From Sphingomonadales bacterium (GTDB taxonomy: Bacteria > Pseudomonadota > Alphaproteobacteria > Sphingomonadales > Sphingomonadaceae), in NCBI GenBank assembly GCA_025352685.1, contig JANXSN010000037.1, positions 8,316-72,315 of the forward strand: DNA of 64,000 bases, given 5' to 3'. Below the pieces are notes generated by a model. It was not told where the DNA came from and did no database searches. It saw only the letters and a program-made list of their open reading frames with translations. Shown piece after piece: positions 39,391 through 49,975 of this stretch; the first letter of the stretch is position 1; each line of letters opens with the position of its first letter. The position numbers and the translations under genes are program-made.

Positions 39391-40353
39391 ATGGCAAGGC
39401 TTGCAGTTGCTGGAGTTCTACTCGCGCTGGCATGCGCACCGGGGCCGGCCCTGTCACAGACCGACTCGAGGATCGGCGCACCCCCAATGCCGCCGATGGC
39501 AGGAGTGTCGGGCGCATCGATGGCCAATTCCACGATTGAGGAAACGCTACGGCGCGGCGCGGCACCCGCTGTCATGCAGAGCGGCCATGCTGCGCGCGGG
39601 CCGGCTCCGGCTGGCGAGCGCTGGGCGCACGCCGAGGGCGGACGGGACGCTTACCGTCAGCCAAGCTATGGCTACATGCTGCCGTATCATTGGGCGTCTG
39701 CGCCGTATTTTATCGCAGACTTCGGCCTGTTTGGCCTGCCGCGTCCGGGGGCGGGCTTCGGGTGGTCGCGCTATTACGACGATGCCGTGCTGACCGACCA
39801 ATACGGGCGTGTCTATGACTGGCGCGGCGATGTTGACTGGAGCCGCGACCCACGCTGGGCGTCTGAGGACTATGCAGATAGCGATGGCGATCGCGACGAT
39901 CGTCGCCCGCGCCACAACGACGGCGTTGCCGGTGCCGTTGTCGGCGGACTCGTCGGGGGCCTCACGGGCAATATCATCGGAGGTCGTGGTAACCGGCTGG
40001 CAGGAACATTGATCGGGGGCGGCGTGGGCGCGCTCGCAGGCCAGGCGATCGACAAATCGTCGTCGTACCGCCGCGACGGCCGGGATTATGATTACGGGCG
40101 GCGGGACGATCGTCGACATGATTATTGGGACGGTCGTCCGCTACGTCCGCATTGGCGCGATGGCTACGCGGACAGCGGTTATGGATACGGCTGGATGGAC
40201 GGACCCTCGGTTACGACCGTCACCGTGACATCGAGTGCACCAGTCATGACCAAGACCGTCCGCTACGTTACTGAATATGTCAGCTTGCCAGCACGGCACA
40301 CCAAATATGTGAAGCGTACCAAATACGTTCATCGCTGCGGTTGTGGTAGCTGA
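39391..40353 (+). CDS. secreted RcnB-like / glycine-zipper protein
   Basis: Signal peptide MARLAVAGVLLALACAPGPALSQ. GLPRPGAGFGWSRYYDDAVLTDQYGRVYD (RcnB-like). GAVVGGLVGGLTGNIIGG...GGGVGALAGQ glycine zipper. The upstream ORF extension to 38938 is rejected. Confidence 0.6.
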   Translation: MARLAVAGVLLALACAPGPALSQTDSRIGAPPMPPMAGVSGASMANSTIEETLRRGAAPAVMQSGHAARGPAPAGERWAHAEGGRDAYRQPSYGYMLPYHWASAPYFIADFGLFGLPRPGAGFGWSRYYDDAVLTDQYGRVYDWRGDVDWSRDPRWASEDYADSDGDRDDRRPRHNDGVAGAVVGGLVGGLTGNIIGGRGNRLAGTLIGGGVGALAGQAIDKSSSYRRDGRDYDYGRRDDRRHDYWDGRPLRPHWRDGYADSGYGYGWMDGPSVTTVTVTSSAPVMTKTVRYVTEYVSLPARHTKYVKRTKYVHRCGCGS

Positions 40354-40356
40354 CCC

Positions 40357-41703
40357 TCAGCGGGGCTCGAGTCCGCCGAAGGTAACAAGACTCTCGGCAC
40401 CGTCGGCCGAGAGCGCGGAGACACCAACGAATGTATCGTCGACGATAATGCCATCAAGCTTTGCCTGGGTGGCGGGCGCAGGGACATCGCGCGACGATTC
40501 CCACGCGGTCCGGTCCGCCGGCCGCCAGCGAATCCGATAGCCGGTTGCTCCTTTTACTGCTGTCCACTTGACACTTGTGTCGGTCGACACCGCCCCTCCG
40601 AGAACAACAGACTCCGGCGCGCCCGGCGCGGCCGCCAGCTCGCGCAACACCGCGATGTTGAGTGCGGTCACCTTGCTCAGGTAGGGAAAATCCATCCGGT
40701 CGATCGTGTCGCCATAAACACGCCCGTTTTCGATTCGGGGATTTTGATGCTGGGCATCGTAATTCTCGACGCCGACGGTGAAACGCACGGCGGGATATCC
40801 CGCTTCCAGCAACGGTGTATGGTCGCCTCCGCGGCCGAAGCGGTCGGGACGGCGGACGAGGAACGCCCAAAGACCTTTGCTTTTGAACGATCTGTGTTCG
40901 ACACTGGTTCTGGTCGCGGAGGTGACAGGTCCGATCTGCTGGACAGCGACGTGCTCGACGCGCTTGGCGAGCGCGCGGGACGAGCTGTCATCCTCGCCGC
41001 CCGACGCTCGGCGCAGCTTGGTCGCCGCCAAGTCTTCAAAAGCCCGCGCGCCCTCGCTGAACACGCGCACCCGATCTGCGACGATGCGTCCGTCCTGGCC
41101 CTTGGTGTTCCCGACGATGTCATTGTTGAGCATGGCGGCGACATTCCATCCGCGCGCCTTGGCAGTGTCGGCGAGCAATTTGCCGCCCCACAGCCCTTGT
41201 TCCTCGCCCGAAAGCACGGCGTACACAATCGTGGCTTTGTGCCTGTCCTTCGACAGGATCCGCGCCGCTTCCATGACGAGGGCAACGCCCGACGCGTCGT
41301 CGTTGGCGCCGGGCGCTTCGCCGGTCGCGTCCATTGCGTCCGAATTTCGGCTATCGATATGCCCTGCGACGATGACGATATGGCGGGGGTCGCCGGTTCC
41401 GCGCTGGATTGCCAGCACATCCTCGATGATGACGCCCTGCGGCGCACGCGGCCCTTCAAATTGAGCGCGGGGCCGGTCGAGCGTGATGCAATGGTTGCAG
41501 GAAGTTGACAGCTTCTCGAATTCGCTTGCCACCCAGTTGCGCGCGGCGCCGATGCCATGATTGGGATCGGTCGTTGTCGAAGCTGTGTGGCGGGTCCCGA
41601 ACGACACGAGTTTTTCGACCGTTGTGCGCAGTGCCATTGGCTGCGGGGCAGGGGCGGCACCCATAAGCGTGAGCGCGGTAACGGGAAGAAAATATGTTTT
41701 CAT
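40357..41703 (-). CDS. M28 family metallopeptidase with a C-terminal FN3-like domain
   Basis: Signal peptide from the ATG at 41703. AGHIDS, PGANDDASGVA, SGEEQGLWG zinc-ligand blocks. C-terminal WTAVKGATGYRIRWR. Confidence 0.8.
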   Translation of the reverse strand: MKTYFLPVTALTLMGAAPAPQPMALRTTVEKLVSFGTRHTASTTTDPNHGIGAARNWVASEFEKLSTSCNHCITLDRPRAQFEGPRAPQGVIIEDVLAIQRGTGDPRHIVIVAGHIDSRNSDAMDATGEAPGANDDASGVALVMEAARILSKDRHKATIVYAVLSGEEQGLWGGKLLADTAKARGWNVAAMLNNDIVGNTKGQDGRIVADRVRVFSEGARAFEDLAATKLRRASGGEDDSSSRALAKRVEHVAVQQIGPVTSATRTSVEHRSFKSKGLWAFLVRRPDRFGRGGDHTPLLEAGYPAVRFTVGVENYDAQHQNPRIENGRVYGDTIDRMDFPYLSKVTALNIAVLRELAAAPGAPESVVLGGAVSTDTSVKWTAVKGATGYRIRWRPADRTAWESSRDVPAPATQAKLDGIIVDDTFVGVSALSADGAESLVTFGGLEPR

Positions 41704-41808
41704 TTTTGGGTTTCTTACTTCCTCGGGTGATCCCCGCAAAAGCGGGACTCCAGATCTTGTGCGTGCAAATGCCAAAAGCTGCACAGCTGCTTCGGCGAAA
41801 ATGAAGGC

Positions 41809-42261
41809 TTAGCTTAACCGGTCGAGTGCGCTGTGGTCGAGCCCGCCGGGTACGATCATGACCGGGCACGGTAATTGCCCGGCTTCGCCGGCGAAATGCG
41901 CAACCAGCGGGCCCGGGAGACCGATCGCGGCAGCACCAAGCACCAGCGCGGCGACGTTTGGATTGTCCGCAATTGCCTTTCGAATCAAGGGAACGGGATC
42001 GCCTGCCTGCACCAACACAGACGGATGGATGCCCTGCTCCTCACTCAGCATGCCGGCCGCGCTTTCGACGAGGGCTTCGACATGCTGGCGGGCTTCCTCT
42101 TCCATCGTCGCCTGGACATCGCCAAGCCCCATGAACTCGACGGGCGGTACGAGAGCCAATATCTGCACCGAGCCGCCGGTCTTGGCTGCTCGCCGCGCGG
42201 CAAAGCGCAGCGCAACCTCGGCCTCTGGCGTTTCGTCGATAACGACGAGATAGGTTCGCAT
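41809..42261 (-). CDS. universal stress protein family
   Basis: 150 aa. MRTYLVVIDETPEAEVALRFA... and C-terminal GSVAxx-like GEAGQLPCPVMIVPG. The rest of the 417-aa ORF is antisense to pdhC and is rejected. Confidence 0.8.
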   Translation of the reverse strand: MRTYLVVIDETPEAEVALRFAARRAAKTGGSVQILALVPPVEFMGLGDVQATMEEEARQHVEALVESAAGMLSEEQGIHPSVLVQAGDPVPLIRKAIADNPNVAALVLGAAAIGLPGPLVAHFAGEAGQLPCPVMIVPGGLDHSALDRLS

Positions 42262-42367
42262 GCGCTCTCTCCCCCGCAATATTGCTAAGCTGCACACAGC
42301 GAGGCCTTGACCGCAAGCCCCCCAATCGTCGAAGGCGGTGTTGACGCTACGGCCATAAGGAAGAGCG

Positions 42368-43666
42368 ATGCCGATTGAGCTGAAGATGCCTGCGCTGTCC
42401 CCGACAATGGAGGAGGGGACGCTCGCAAAGTGGCTCGTGAAGGTCGGCGACACGGTGAAGTCCGGCGACGTGATGGCCGAGATCGAAACCGACAAGGCCA
42501 CGATGGAGTTCGAAGCGGTCGACGAGGGGGTGATCGCGTCAATTCTTGTCGCCGAAGGCACCGACGCGGTCAAGGTTGGCACCGTGATCGCGACGATCAC
42601 GGCAGAGGACGAGGATGCGCAACCGTCGCCTGCGCCAGCGCTAGCGCCACCGCTAGCGCCACCGCCTGCGCCACCGCCCGCGCCTGGATTACCGACGCCT
42701 GCGCCCACCGCTGCGGCGGTCCCTGCCGGAACCTCGCTTGTCGTGGCGGGGGAAGACAAGGGCGACCGGCTCAAAATATCCCCGCTCGCCAGGCGACTGG
42801 CCGCGGAACAGCGGATCGACCTTTCCACGGTCACCGGCACCGGCCCCAACGGTCGGATCGTCAAGGCGGATATCGACAATGCCAAGCCGGGCGCCGCGGT
42901 GGCGGCCTCTGTTGCGGCACGGCCGGCAGCTCCTGCATTGGCTGCTGCACCGGTATCGGCCCCTGTGAGTACCGACATACCGCACGAGACAATCAAGCTG
43001 TCGGGTATGCGCAAGACCATCGCGCGCCGCTTGACCGAATCGAAGCAGCAGGTACCGCACATCTATCTGACGCTCGACGTTCGCCTCGACGCCCTGCTTA
43101 AGCTGCGCAGTGAGCTGAATGCGGCACTTGCATCGCGTGGCGTCAAGGTCAGCGTGAACGATATGCTGATAAAGGCGCTGGCTGCAGCCTTGATCGAAGT
43201 GCCGGCGTGCAATGTCAGCTTCGCGGGTGACACGTTGATCCAGTACAGCCGCGCCGACATCTCGGTCGCGGTGTCGATCGACGGTGGTCTCATCACCCCA
43301 ATTGTCGTCGACGCGAACAACAAGGCGCTGAGCGCGATTTCCGTCGAGATGAAAAGTCTCGCCGACAAGGCGAAGGCCGGCAAGTTGCAGCCGCGCGAAT
43401 ATCAGGGCGGAACCGCTTCGCTGAGCAACATGGGCATGTTCGGCATCAAGCAGTTCGAAGCTGTCATCAATCCACCGCAAGCGATGATCATGGCCATCGG
43501 TGCCGGAGAGAAACGGCCCTATATCGTCGATGGCGCGCTTGGCGTTGCGACCGTGATGTCAGCGACGGGAAGCTTCGATCACCGCGCGATCGATGGGTCG
43601 GACGGGGCTCAATTGATGAAAGTGTTCAAGGCGCTGGTCGAGAGCCCGCTGGGGCTGGTCGCATGA
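42368..43666 (+). CDS. pdhC: pyruvate dehydrogenase complex E2, dihydrolipoyllysine-residue acetyltransferase
   Basis: Lipoyl block [16 protein letters not shown]...[13 protein letters not shown], Ala/Pro linker, SPLARRLA subunit-binding domain, catalytic DHRAIDG. Confidence 0.9.
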   Translation: MPIELKMPALSPTMEEGTLAKWLVKVGDTVKSGDVMAEIETDKATMEFEAVDEGVIASILVAEGTDAVKVGTVIATITAEDEDAQPSPAPALAPPLAPPPAPPPAPGLPTPAPTAAAVPAGTSLVVAGEDKGDRLKISPLARRLAAEQRIDLSTVTGTGPNGRIVKADIDNAKPGAAVAASVAARPAAPALAAAPVSAPVSTDIPHETIKLSGMRKTIARRLTESKQQVPHIYLTLDVRLDALLKLRSELNAALASRGVKVSVNDMLIKALAAALIEVPACNVSFAGDTLIQYSRADISVAVSIDGGLITPIVVDANNKALSAISVEMKSLADKAKAGKLQPREYQGGTASLSNMGMFGIKQFEAVINPPQAMIMAIGAGEKRPYIVDGALGVATVMSATGSFDHRAIDGSDGAQLMKVFKALVESPLGLVA

Positions 43667-45057
43667 GCGAAGTCTATGATCTCGTTGTGCTCGGCTCTGG
43701 CCCCGGCGGCTATGTTGCCGCCATCCGCGCTGCGCAGCTCGGGCTCAAGACCGCGATCGTGGAGCGGGAGACGCTGGGGGGCGTTTGTCTCAACTGGGGC
43801 TGCATTCCGACCAAGGCGCTGCTCCGTTCGGCAGAGATCTATCACTATATGCAGCACGCTGACGCCTATGGCCTGACATCGGCGGGTTCCGGGTTCGACA
43901 TGGCGAAGGTTGTTGCGCGGTCGCGGGGCATCGCCAAGCAGCTCAATCAAGGCGTGATCCACCTGATGAAGAAGAACAAGATCGTCGTCTACATGGGTGA
44001 CGGCGTCCTGGCCGGGCAAGAAAAACTGACAGTTACCAATGAGGGTGCAAGCGTTGAGCTGGCGGGGAAGAACATCATCGTCGCGACCGGCGCTCGCGCC
44101 CGCGAGCTGCCTTTCGCCAGGTCCGATGGCCAGCGTATCTGGACGTATCGGCACGCTATGGTCCCGCCCGAAATGCCTTCAAAACTACTCGTCATCGGGT
44201 CGGGCGCGATCGGAATCGAGTTTGCCAGCTTCTACCGCGATTTCGGGGCGGACGTGACCGTCGTCGAAATGCTCGACCGCGTTGTTCCAGTCGAGGATGC
44301 AGAGGTATCGGACTTCCTTGAAAAGTCGCTCGTCAAACAGGGCATGATCGTCTTGACTGGTGCAGGGGTCGAGAGCTTGTCGACCACCCCAATCGGCGTC
44401 ACCGCCAAGATCAAGACAAACGATGGCAAGTCCGCCGACTACCACTTCAGCCATGCTATTGTCGCCGTCGGTATCGTGCCCAACACCGAGAATATCGGGC
44501 TCGAAGCGCTGGGAATCGAAACGAACCGGGGTCATATTGTGACCGACTCGATGTGCCGGACAAACGTCGCTGGTATCTGGGCGATCGGCGATGTAACCGC
44601 GCCGCCCTGGCTGGCGCACAAAGCCAGCCATGAGGGCGTCATTGCGGTCGAGGCGATGGCTGGGTTGCATCCTCACGCGATGGACGCGAAAAACATTCCC
44701 GGCTGCACCTATTGCCATCCGCAGGTCGCCAGCGTCGGCCTTACCGAGGCTAAGGCAAGGGAAGCGGGCCATGAGGTCAAGGTCGGAAAATTCCCATTTA
44801 TCGGCAACGGCAAGGCCATCGCGCTGGGCGAGACCGAGGGGTTCATCAAGACGGTGTTCGACGCCAAGAGCGGCGAACTCCTCGGTGCTCACATGATCGG
44901 TGCCGAAGTAACCGAGCTGATTCAGGGCTACACGGTCGGCAAGACAGCCGAACTCGTCGAAACTGATTTCATGAACACCGTCTTTCCGCACCCAACGCTG
45001 AGTGAAATGATGCATGAGAGCGTGCTCGGCGCATACGGAAGGGCCGTGCATATCTGA
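43663..45057 (+). CDS. lpdA: dihydrolipoyl dehydrogenase (E3)
   Basis: [17 protein letters not shown] and redox disulfide [14 protein letters not shown]-terminal HPTLSE. Confidence 0.93.
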   Translation: MSEVYDLVVLGSGPGGYVAAIRAAQLGLKTAIVERETLGGVCLNWGCIPTKALLRSAEIYHYMQHADAYGLTSAGSGFDMAKVVARSRGIAKQLNQGVIHLMKKNKIVVYMGDGVLAGQEKLTVTNEGASVELAGKNIIVATGARARELPFARSDGQRIWTYRHAMVPPEMPSKLLVIGSGAIGIEFASFYRDFGADVTVVEMLDRVVPVEDAEVSDFLEKSLVKQGMIVLTGAGVESLSTTPIGVTAKIKTNDGKSADYHFSHAIVAVGIVPNTENIGLEALGIETNRGHIVTDSMCRTNVAGIWAIGDVTAPPWLAHKASHEGVIAVEAMAGLHPHAMDAKNIPGCTYCHPQVASVGLTEAKAREAGHEVKVGKFPFIGNGKAIALGETEGFIKTVFDAKSGELLGAHMIGAEVTELIQGYTVGKTAELVETDFMNTVFPHPTLSEMMHESVLGAYGRAVHI

Positions 45058-45368
45058 AGATTGAAGCGATGCGCATTGGCGCTGGTGCACGACGGAGCAG
45101 AACGCATGGCGCGACTCATCTCCATCGTCGGTCTCGCCGAGACGACAAGCCTCTACTTCGCGGCGATGATGTTGGATGCGTTTTGACCGTAGGCGACCCG
45201 CCCAGGTGCCATCGGCCCGGCGCTTGTGACGGAACGACCTGGTTCAGCTGAGTGTCTCGCCGCTTACGGACGATTATTTTCACGCTGACGTCCTCCTGAT
45301 GGCGCTGCCGCGAGCCTCTTTCATCTGTGCGATGACTCGCTAAGGTCTCGCGTTTGAAGGGGAATAAC

Positions 45369-46634
45369 ATGCATCGTCTTTTCGTCTTGGCCGCGCTTTC
45401 ATTTGCGGCGCCGGCGGGCGCCGAAACCGTCCACATCACCGCCGCACGGATGATCGATGTGGAAACCGGAGCGGTCGTCCAACATCCTATGATCAAGGTA
45501 ACTGATGGGCGAATTATGGGCATCACCGACGCACGGACGACGCAACTCAAAAGTGACGCAAAGGTCATCGATCTTGGCAGCAAAACGATCCTGCCGGGCC
45601 TCATCGATATGCACGTGCATCTGACGTCGCTCGCCGAGATCGGCGGCTACCGCGGACTGCAGTATACCGACAGTTTCTGGGGCGCGGTTGGCGTAGCCAA
45701 TGCGAAGAAAACGCTTGATGCCGGGTTTACCACCGTCAGAAATGTAGGATCTGCAGATTTTCAGGACGTGGGGCTTCGCGAAGCCATTGACGGCGGTTGG
45801 GTGCCCGGCCCGCGTATCGTCACAGCGACTTATGCCATTGGTGCGACCGGGGGGCATTGCGACGATAACGCGCTTCCGCCGAGTTATGACAAGACGAGCG
45901 CGTCGGTCATCAATTCACCCGAGGAAGCGCGCGCCAAGGTCCGGTGGCTGCACAAATATGGCGCACAGGTTATCAAAATCTGCGCGACAGGTGGCGTGTT
46001 TTCGTTCGGGGACAGCGTTGGCGGGCAGCAGTTGAGCTTCGAAGAGATGAAGGCCATCGCCGACGAGGCGCACATGCTCCATCTGAAGGTGGCGGCCCAT
46101 GCCCACGGCGACGAAGGCATTCGCGCCGCGATTCTCGCTGGCATCGATACAATCGAGCATTGCAGCCTAGCGAGCGACGAGACCATCAGGCTTGCCGTGG
46201 CGCACAAGACATGGTTCGACATGGATATCTACAATGATGACTATATTCTGGCGACTGGGACCGCAAATGGGACCGAGCAGGACAGCGTCGATAAAGAAAA
46301 GATGATCGGGCTCAAGCAGCGACAGACGTTTCAGCGCGCGGTCAAGGCAGGGGTGCTGATGCTCTTTGGCACCGACGCAGGCGTTTATCCACACGGAGAC
46401 AACGGTCGTCAGTTTGCCAAGATGGTGCAATGGGGGATGACGCCACTGCAGGCGATCCAGGCGGCGACGTCGAGCGCCGCCAAGGCACTGGGCCGCGAGA
46501 GCGATGTAGGCGCGCTCGTCGTGGGGCGCTATGCTGACATGATCGCGGTGGACGGCGACCCTTTGCAGGATGTGCGCGTCCTCGAAAAAATCGCCGTGGT
46601 CATTAAGGCTGGCGAGGTTGTTAAGGGCCAGTGA
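45369..46634 (+). CDS. periplasmic amidohydrolase family protein
   Basis: Signal peptide MHRLFVLAALSFAAPAGA. PGLIDMHVHL, KVAAHAHG, FGTDAGV metal-ligand blocks. Confidence 0.8.
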   Translation: MHRLFVLAALSFAAPAGAETVHITAARMIDVETGAVVQHPMIKVTDGRIMGITDARTTQLKSDAKVIDLGSKTILPGLIDMHVHLTSLAEIGGYRGLQYTDSFWGAVGVANAKKTLDAGFTTVRNVGSADFQDVGLREAIDGGWVPGPRIVTATYAIGATGGHCDDNALPPSYDKTSASVINSPEEARAKVRWLHKYGAQVIKICATGGVFSFGDSVGGQQLSFEEMKAIADEAHMLHLKVAAHAHGDEGIRAAILAGIDTIEHCSLASDETIRLAVAHKTWFDMDIYNDDYILATGTANGTEQDSVDKEKMIGLKQRQTFQRAVKAGVLMLFGTDAGVYPHGDNGRQFAKMVQWGMTPLQAIQAATSSAAKALGRESDVGALVVGRYADMIAVDGDPLQDVRVLEKIAVVIKAGEVVKGQ

Positions 46635-46637
46635 CCA

Positions 46638-47276
46638 GTGAGTAAGCGGATCGGCGCTGGGACTGGGCTCGTGGCGGTCTCGTGCGGGATCGGAATAGTC
46701 GTCCGCCACGGTGACCTTTCCACATTCGATGTCGATCTGCTGCTCGCGCTCTCAGTGGCAAGGCGCGGGCCGCAATGGCTCGTTGATGCTGCACGGTTCA
46801 TTTCGACCTTGGGCGATGTTGGCATACGAGGCATTGGCATTACCCTCGTGTTTGCGACGCTGGTTTGGTGGCGACGCTGGCGATCGGGCGTGCTCTATCT
46901 GGTGACCGTGACGCTGTCGATTACGGGACACACGATGGCAAAGATCATCTGGGCGCGCCCGCGTCCGCATCTCGTGCCGTGGCTCGATAATCCACGCGAT
47001 TTGAGTTTCCCAAGCGGCCATGCCGCGGGATCGATGGTTGTACTTTTGCTCGCAGCGATGCTGTTCGACCGGTGGCGCTTGACGCCGTTGGCTGTCGCGC
47101 TGTCGCTCGTGATTGGGTTCACGCGACCGATGCTTGGGGTGCACTGGCCGACCGACGTCTTGGCCGGCTGGCTCTGGGGCGCCGGATTTGCGTTGATCGG
47201 CGCGGGCGTCGCCCAATCGATGGGCATTCTCGACGCCCCTCACACGATCAAGATCAGCGCGGGGCCATCCGGATAG
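46638..47276 (+). CDS. PAP2 family phosphatase
   Basis: GTG start. KIIWARPRP, SFPSGHA, GVHWPTDV signature motifs. Multiple TM helices. Confidence 0.75.
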   Translation: MSKRIGAGTGLVAVSCGIGIVVRHGDLSTFDVDLLLALSVARRGPQWLVDAARFISTLGDVGIRGIGITLVFATLVWWRRWRSGVLYLVTVTLSITGHTMAKIIWARPRPHLVPWLDNPRDLSFPSGHAAGSMVVLLLAAMLFDRWRLTPLAVALSLVIGFTRPMLGVHWPTDVLAGWLWGAGFALIGAGVAQSMGILDAPHTIKISAGPSG

Positions 47277-48039
47277 CCCCGTCGAGGCGGACATCCTCGC
47301 CGTTGAAATAACTGTTCTCGATCATCGTTAGAGCGAGTTGCGCGTATTCCTGCGGCTTGCCCAGTCGCTTGGGAAAAGGGACCGAAGCGGCCAACGCGTC
47401 TTTGACCTGCTGGGGCGCGCCGAGCATCAGAGGCGTTTCGAAAATGCCGGGTAGAATCGTGTTGATGCGTATGCCTTCGCTCATGAGATCGCGCGCGATA
47501 GGGAGCGTCATCCCGATCACGCCGGCTTTCGACGCCGCGTAAGCAACCTGGCCCATCTGGCCATCCTCGCCCGCAACGGACGCCGTGTTGACGATTGCGC
47601 CGCGCTCGCCGTCGTCGTTCTGTGGATCGAGCGTCATCATCCCTGCCGCCGAAAGTGCGACGCAGCGGAAAGTGCCGACAAGGTTAATCTGAATCAACCA
47701 GTTGAAGGCGTCCGCCGGATAATGCTTGATGCTGCCGTCTTGTTTGGAACGGCTCGCGGTCTTCATTGCGGCCCCTGTCCCTGCGCAGTTGACGAGGACG
47801 CGTTCCTGCCCGTGAGCAGCCCGTGCCTTTTCAAAACCCGCGATTACGCTATCGTCGTTGGTCACGTTAACTTCGCAGAATACACCGCCGATTTCGGCAG
47901 CCATAGCTTCGCCTTTTTCGGTCTGCAGGTCGAAGATCGCGACCTTGACGCCCTTGGCGGCGAGCGCCCGCGCGGTCGCCGCGCCCAGGCCGGACGCGCC
48001 GCCGGTGACGACGGCGCAAACGGTGTTATCCAGTTTCAT
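47254..48039 (-). CDS. SDR family 3-hydroxyacyl-CoA dehydrogenase (type-2-like)
   Basis: 261 aa from the ATG at 48039. VVTGGASGLG, NTAS, YAASKAG catalytic block. Confidence 0.85.
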   Translation of the reverse strand: MKLDNTVCAVVTGGASGLGAATARALAAKGVKVAIFDLQTEKGEAMAAEIGGVFCEVNVTNDDSVIAGFEKARAAHGQERVLVNCAGTGAAMKTASRSKQDGSIKHYPADAFNWLIQINLVGTFRCVALSAAGMMTLDPQNDDGERGAIVNTASVAGEDGQMGQVAYAASKAGVIGMTLPIARDLMSEGIRINTILPGIFETPLMLGAPQQVKDALAASVPFPKRLGKPQEYAQLALTMIENSYFNGEDVRLDGAIRMAPR

Positions 48040-48052
48040 GAATTGATTTTCC

Positions 48053-49225
48053 TTATAACCGCTCGATGATCGTGACATTCGCGATGCCGCCGCCTTCGCA
48101 CATCGTCTGAAGACCGTAGCGTCCGCCCCGAGCCCTGAGGGCATGGACAAGCGTCGCCATCAACTTGGTGCCAGAGGCGCCGAGCGGATGACCGAGCGCA
48201 ATCGCGCCGCCGTTGACGTTAAGCCGAGCGTGATCGCCCCCGGTGTGCTTCATCCACGCCATGGGAACGGGCGCGAAGGCTTCGTTGACTTCATAAAGGT
48301 CGATGTCGTCGATCCGCATTCCCGCGCGCTTGAGCGCTCTGTCGGTCGCGAAGAGCGGCTCCTCCAACATGATGACCGGGTCACCTGCAGTCACCGTTAG
48401 ATTGTGGATTCGCGCCATTGGCGTGAGGCCGTGTGTCTTGAGCGCCGCCTCGCTTACAATCAAAACCGCGGATGCGCCGTCGCAGATCTGGCTGGCATTG
48501 GCGGCAGAGATACTGCCACCTTCCTGCAAAAGCTTGACAGTACCGATACTCTGCGCCGTCGCGTCGTAGCGTATGCCTTCGTCAGTGCGGTGAACGGCCG
48601 CGCCCTCGGGCGTCTCAATATCGAGCGGGATAATTTCGGCGTCGAAAGCGCCGGCCTGCGTTGCCGCAGCGGCACGACGATGGCTCTCGTAGGCGTACTG
48701 GTCGAGCTGTTCGCGGCTGAAGCCGTGCTTCTTCACGATCATCTCAGCACCTATAAACTGGCTGAACATGATGCCAGGATATTTCTCCTCGAGGCGCGGC
48801 GATTTGTAGTTGCCCAGGCCCTCTTTCATAAACAGCAACGCCGTCGAGCCCATCGGCACGCGCGTCATGCTTTCGACGCCGGCCGCGATAATCATGTCCT
48901 GTGTGCCCGACATCACCGCTTGCGCAGCGAATTGCATCGACTGTTGCGAGGAACCGCATTGGCGGTCGATGGAGACCGCAGGGACGCTGTCGGGCAGGCG
49001 GTGAGCGGCGAGCACGGCGTTACGACCGACCTGCCCAGCCTGCTGTCCGCCCTGCATCACGCAGCCCATAATCACGTCGTCGACGGCTCTACCGTCAATG
49101 CCTGTGCGTGCGACAATGGCATCGAGCGTTGCTGCCGCCAGATCGACTGGGTGCCAACCGGCCAATTTGCCGCCGCGCTTGCCTCCCGCGGTTCGAACCG
49201 CGTCTACAATATACGCCTCAGCCAT
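48053..49225 (-). CDS. acetyl-CoA C-acyltransferase (thiolase)
   Basis: MAEAYIVDAVRTAGGKRGG, DRQCGSS active-site Cys, NVNGGAIALGHPLGASG, CEGGG. Confidence 0.9.
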   Translation of the reverse strand: MAEAYIVDAVRTAGGKRGGKLAGWHPVDLAAATLDAIVARTGIDGRAVDDVIMGCVMQGGQQAGQVGRNAVLAAHRLPDSVPAVSIDRQCGSSQQSMQFAAQAVMSGTQDMIIAAGVESMTRVPMGSTALLFMKEGLGNYKSPRLEEKYPGIMFSQFIGAEMIVKKHGFSREQLDQYAYESHRRAAAATQAGAFDAEIIPLDIETPEGAAVHRTDEGIRYDATAQSIGTVKLLQEGGSISAANASQICDGASAVLIVSEAALKTHGLTPMARIHNLTVTAGDPVIMLEEPLFATDRALKRAGMRIDDIDLYEVNEAFAPVPMAWMKHTGGDHARLNVNGGAIALGHPLGASGTKLMATLVHALRARGGRYGLQTMCEGGGIANVTIIERL

Positions 49226-49309
49226 CACGTCGTCCTTTCCGTACACGTCAACTGTGTGCTTGTGTTAAGCCTTGGGCTCAATGAGGCAAGTGACGATTTG
49301 GAGAGTTGT

Positions 49310-49975
49310 ATGGAAGTACGCGATGCCGTGGCGGCAAGACGGTCCGTCCGGGGGTTCCTCGATAGACCTGTTGACCTCGGTCTCGTTGGGCGACTCGTCG
49401 CTGAGGCCTCTCGCGCTGCATCGGGCGGTAACCTTCAGCCATGGCATATCGATGTGGTCGCCAGCCAAGCGATGACGCGTCTGAAGCATACAATGCGCGC
49501 CAAGCTGGAGGGCGCACCTGAGCCAACCGAATACGACATCTACCCGAAGGAATTGAACAGTCCCTATCGCGAACGGCGTTTTGCGGTTGGCGAGGCCATG
49601 TACGAACGCGTTGGTATTCCGCGTGAGGACAAGGCCGCGAGACGCACATGGTTCGATCGCAACTTCGCATTTTTTGGAGCGCCCCTGGCGCTGTTCATGA
49701 CGATCGATCGGCGCATGGGATCGCCGCAATGGAGCGATATGGGCATGTTTCTTCAGAGCTTCATGTTGCTCGCGGTGGAGGAAGGGCTTGCCACCTGCTC
49801 CCAGGAATGCTGGGCGATTTTTCCCCAAACGGTAAAGCAATTCCTTGAGACGCCCGATGAGCGTATGTTGTTTTGTGGTCTGGCGGTCGGGTATGAGGAT
49901 ACGGGCGAACCAGCGAATGCACTCAGGACCGAACGGGCGGACGTGTCGGAATGGATGCGTATCCTCGTCGACTGA
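49310..49975 (+). CDS. nitroreductase family protein
   Basis: The ATG at 49310 follows GGAGAG. AARRSVRGF, SGGNLQPW. The upstream part of ORF 48404-49975 is antisense to the thiolase gene. Confidence 0.8.
   Translation: MEVRDAVAARRSVRGFLDRPVDLGLVGRLVAEASRAASGGNLQPWHIDVVASQAMTRLKHTMRAKLEGAPEPTEYDIYPKELNSPYRERRFAVGEAMYERVGIPREDKAARRTWFDRNFAFFGAPLALFMTIDRRMGSPQWSDMGMFLQSFMLLAVEEGLATCSQECWAIFPQTVKQFLETPDERMLFCGLAVGYEDTGEPANALRTERADVSEWMRILVD

Noticed and set aside
40677-41660. Long alternative-frame ORFs inside the M28 peptidase gene (40677-41660 minus, 40744-41508 and 40778-41464 plus)
   Set aside because: The M28 frame carries the zinc-ligand motifs. The others are compositional shadows.
42262-43062. 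Upstream 800 nt of the 417-aa minus-strand ORF 41809-43062
   Set aside because: The product is low-complexity Ala/Gly/Ser/Thr-rich and lies exactly antisense to the well-supported pdhC gene. Only the last 453 nt (universal stress protein from the ATG at 42261) look real.
45106-45186. 26-codon ORF (MARLISIVGLAETTSLYFAAMMLDAF) downstream of lpdA
   Set aside because: It has no convincing ribosome-binding site and is too short to evaluate without conservation data. Left uncalled.
48404-49309. N-terminal 302 codons of ORF 48404-49975
   Set aside because: This part is antisense to the thiolase gene. The nitroreductase homology begins only at the ATG at 49310, which has its own GGAGAG ribosome-binding site.
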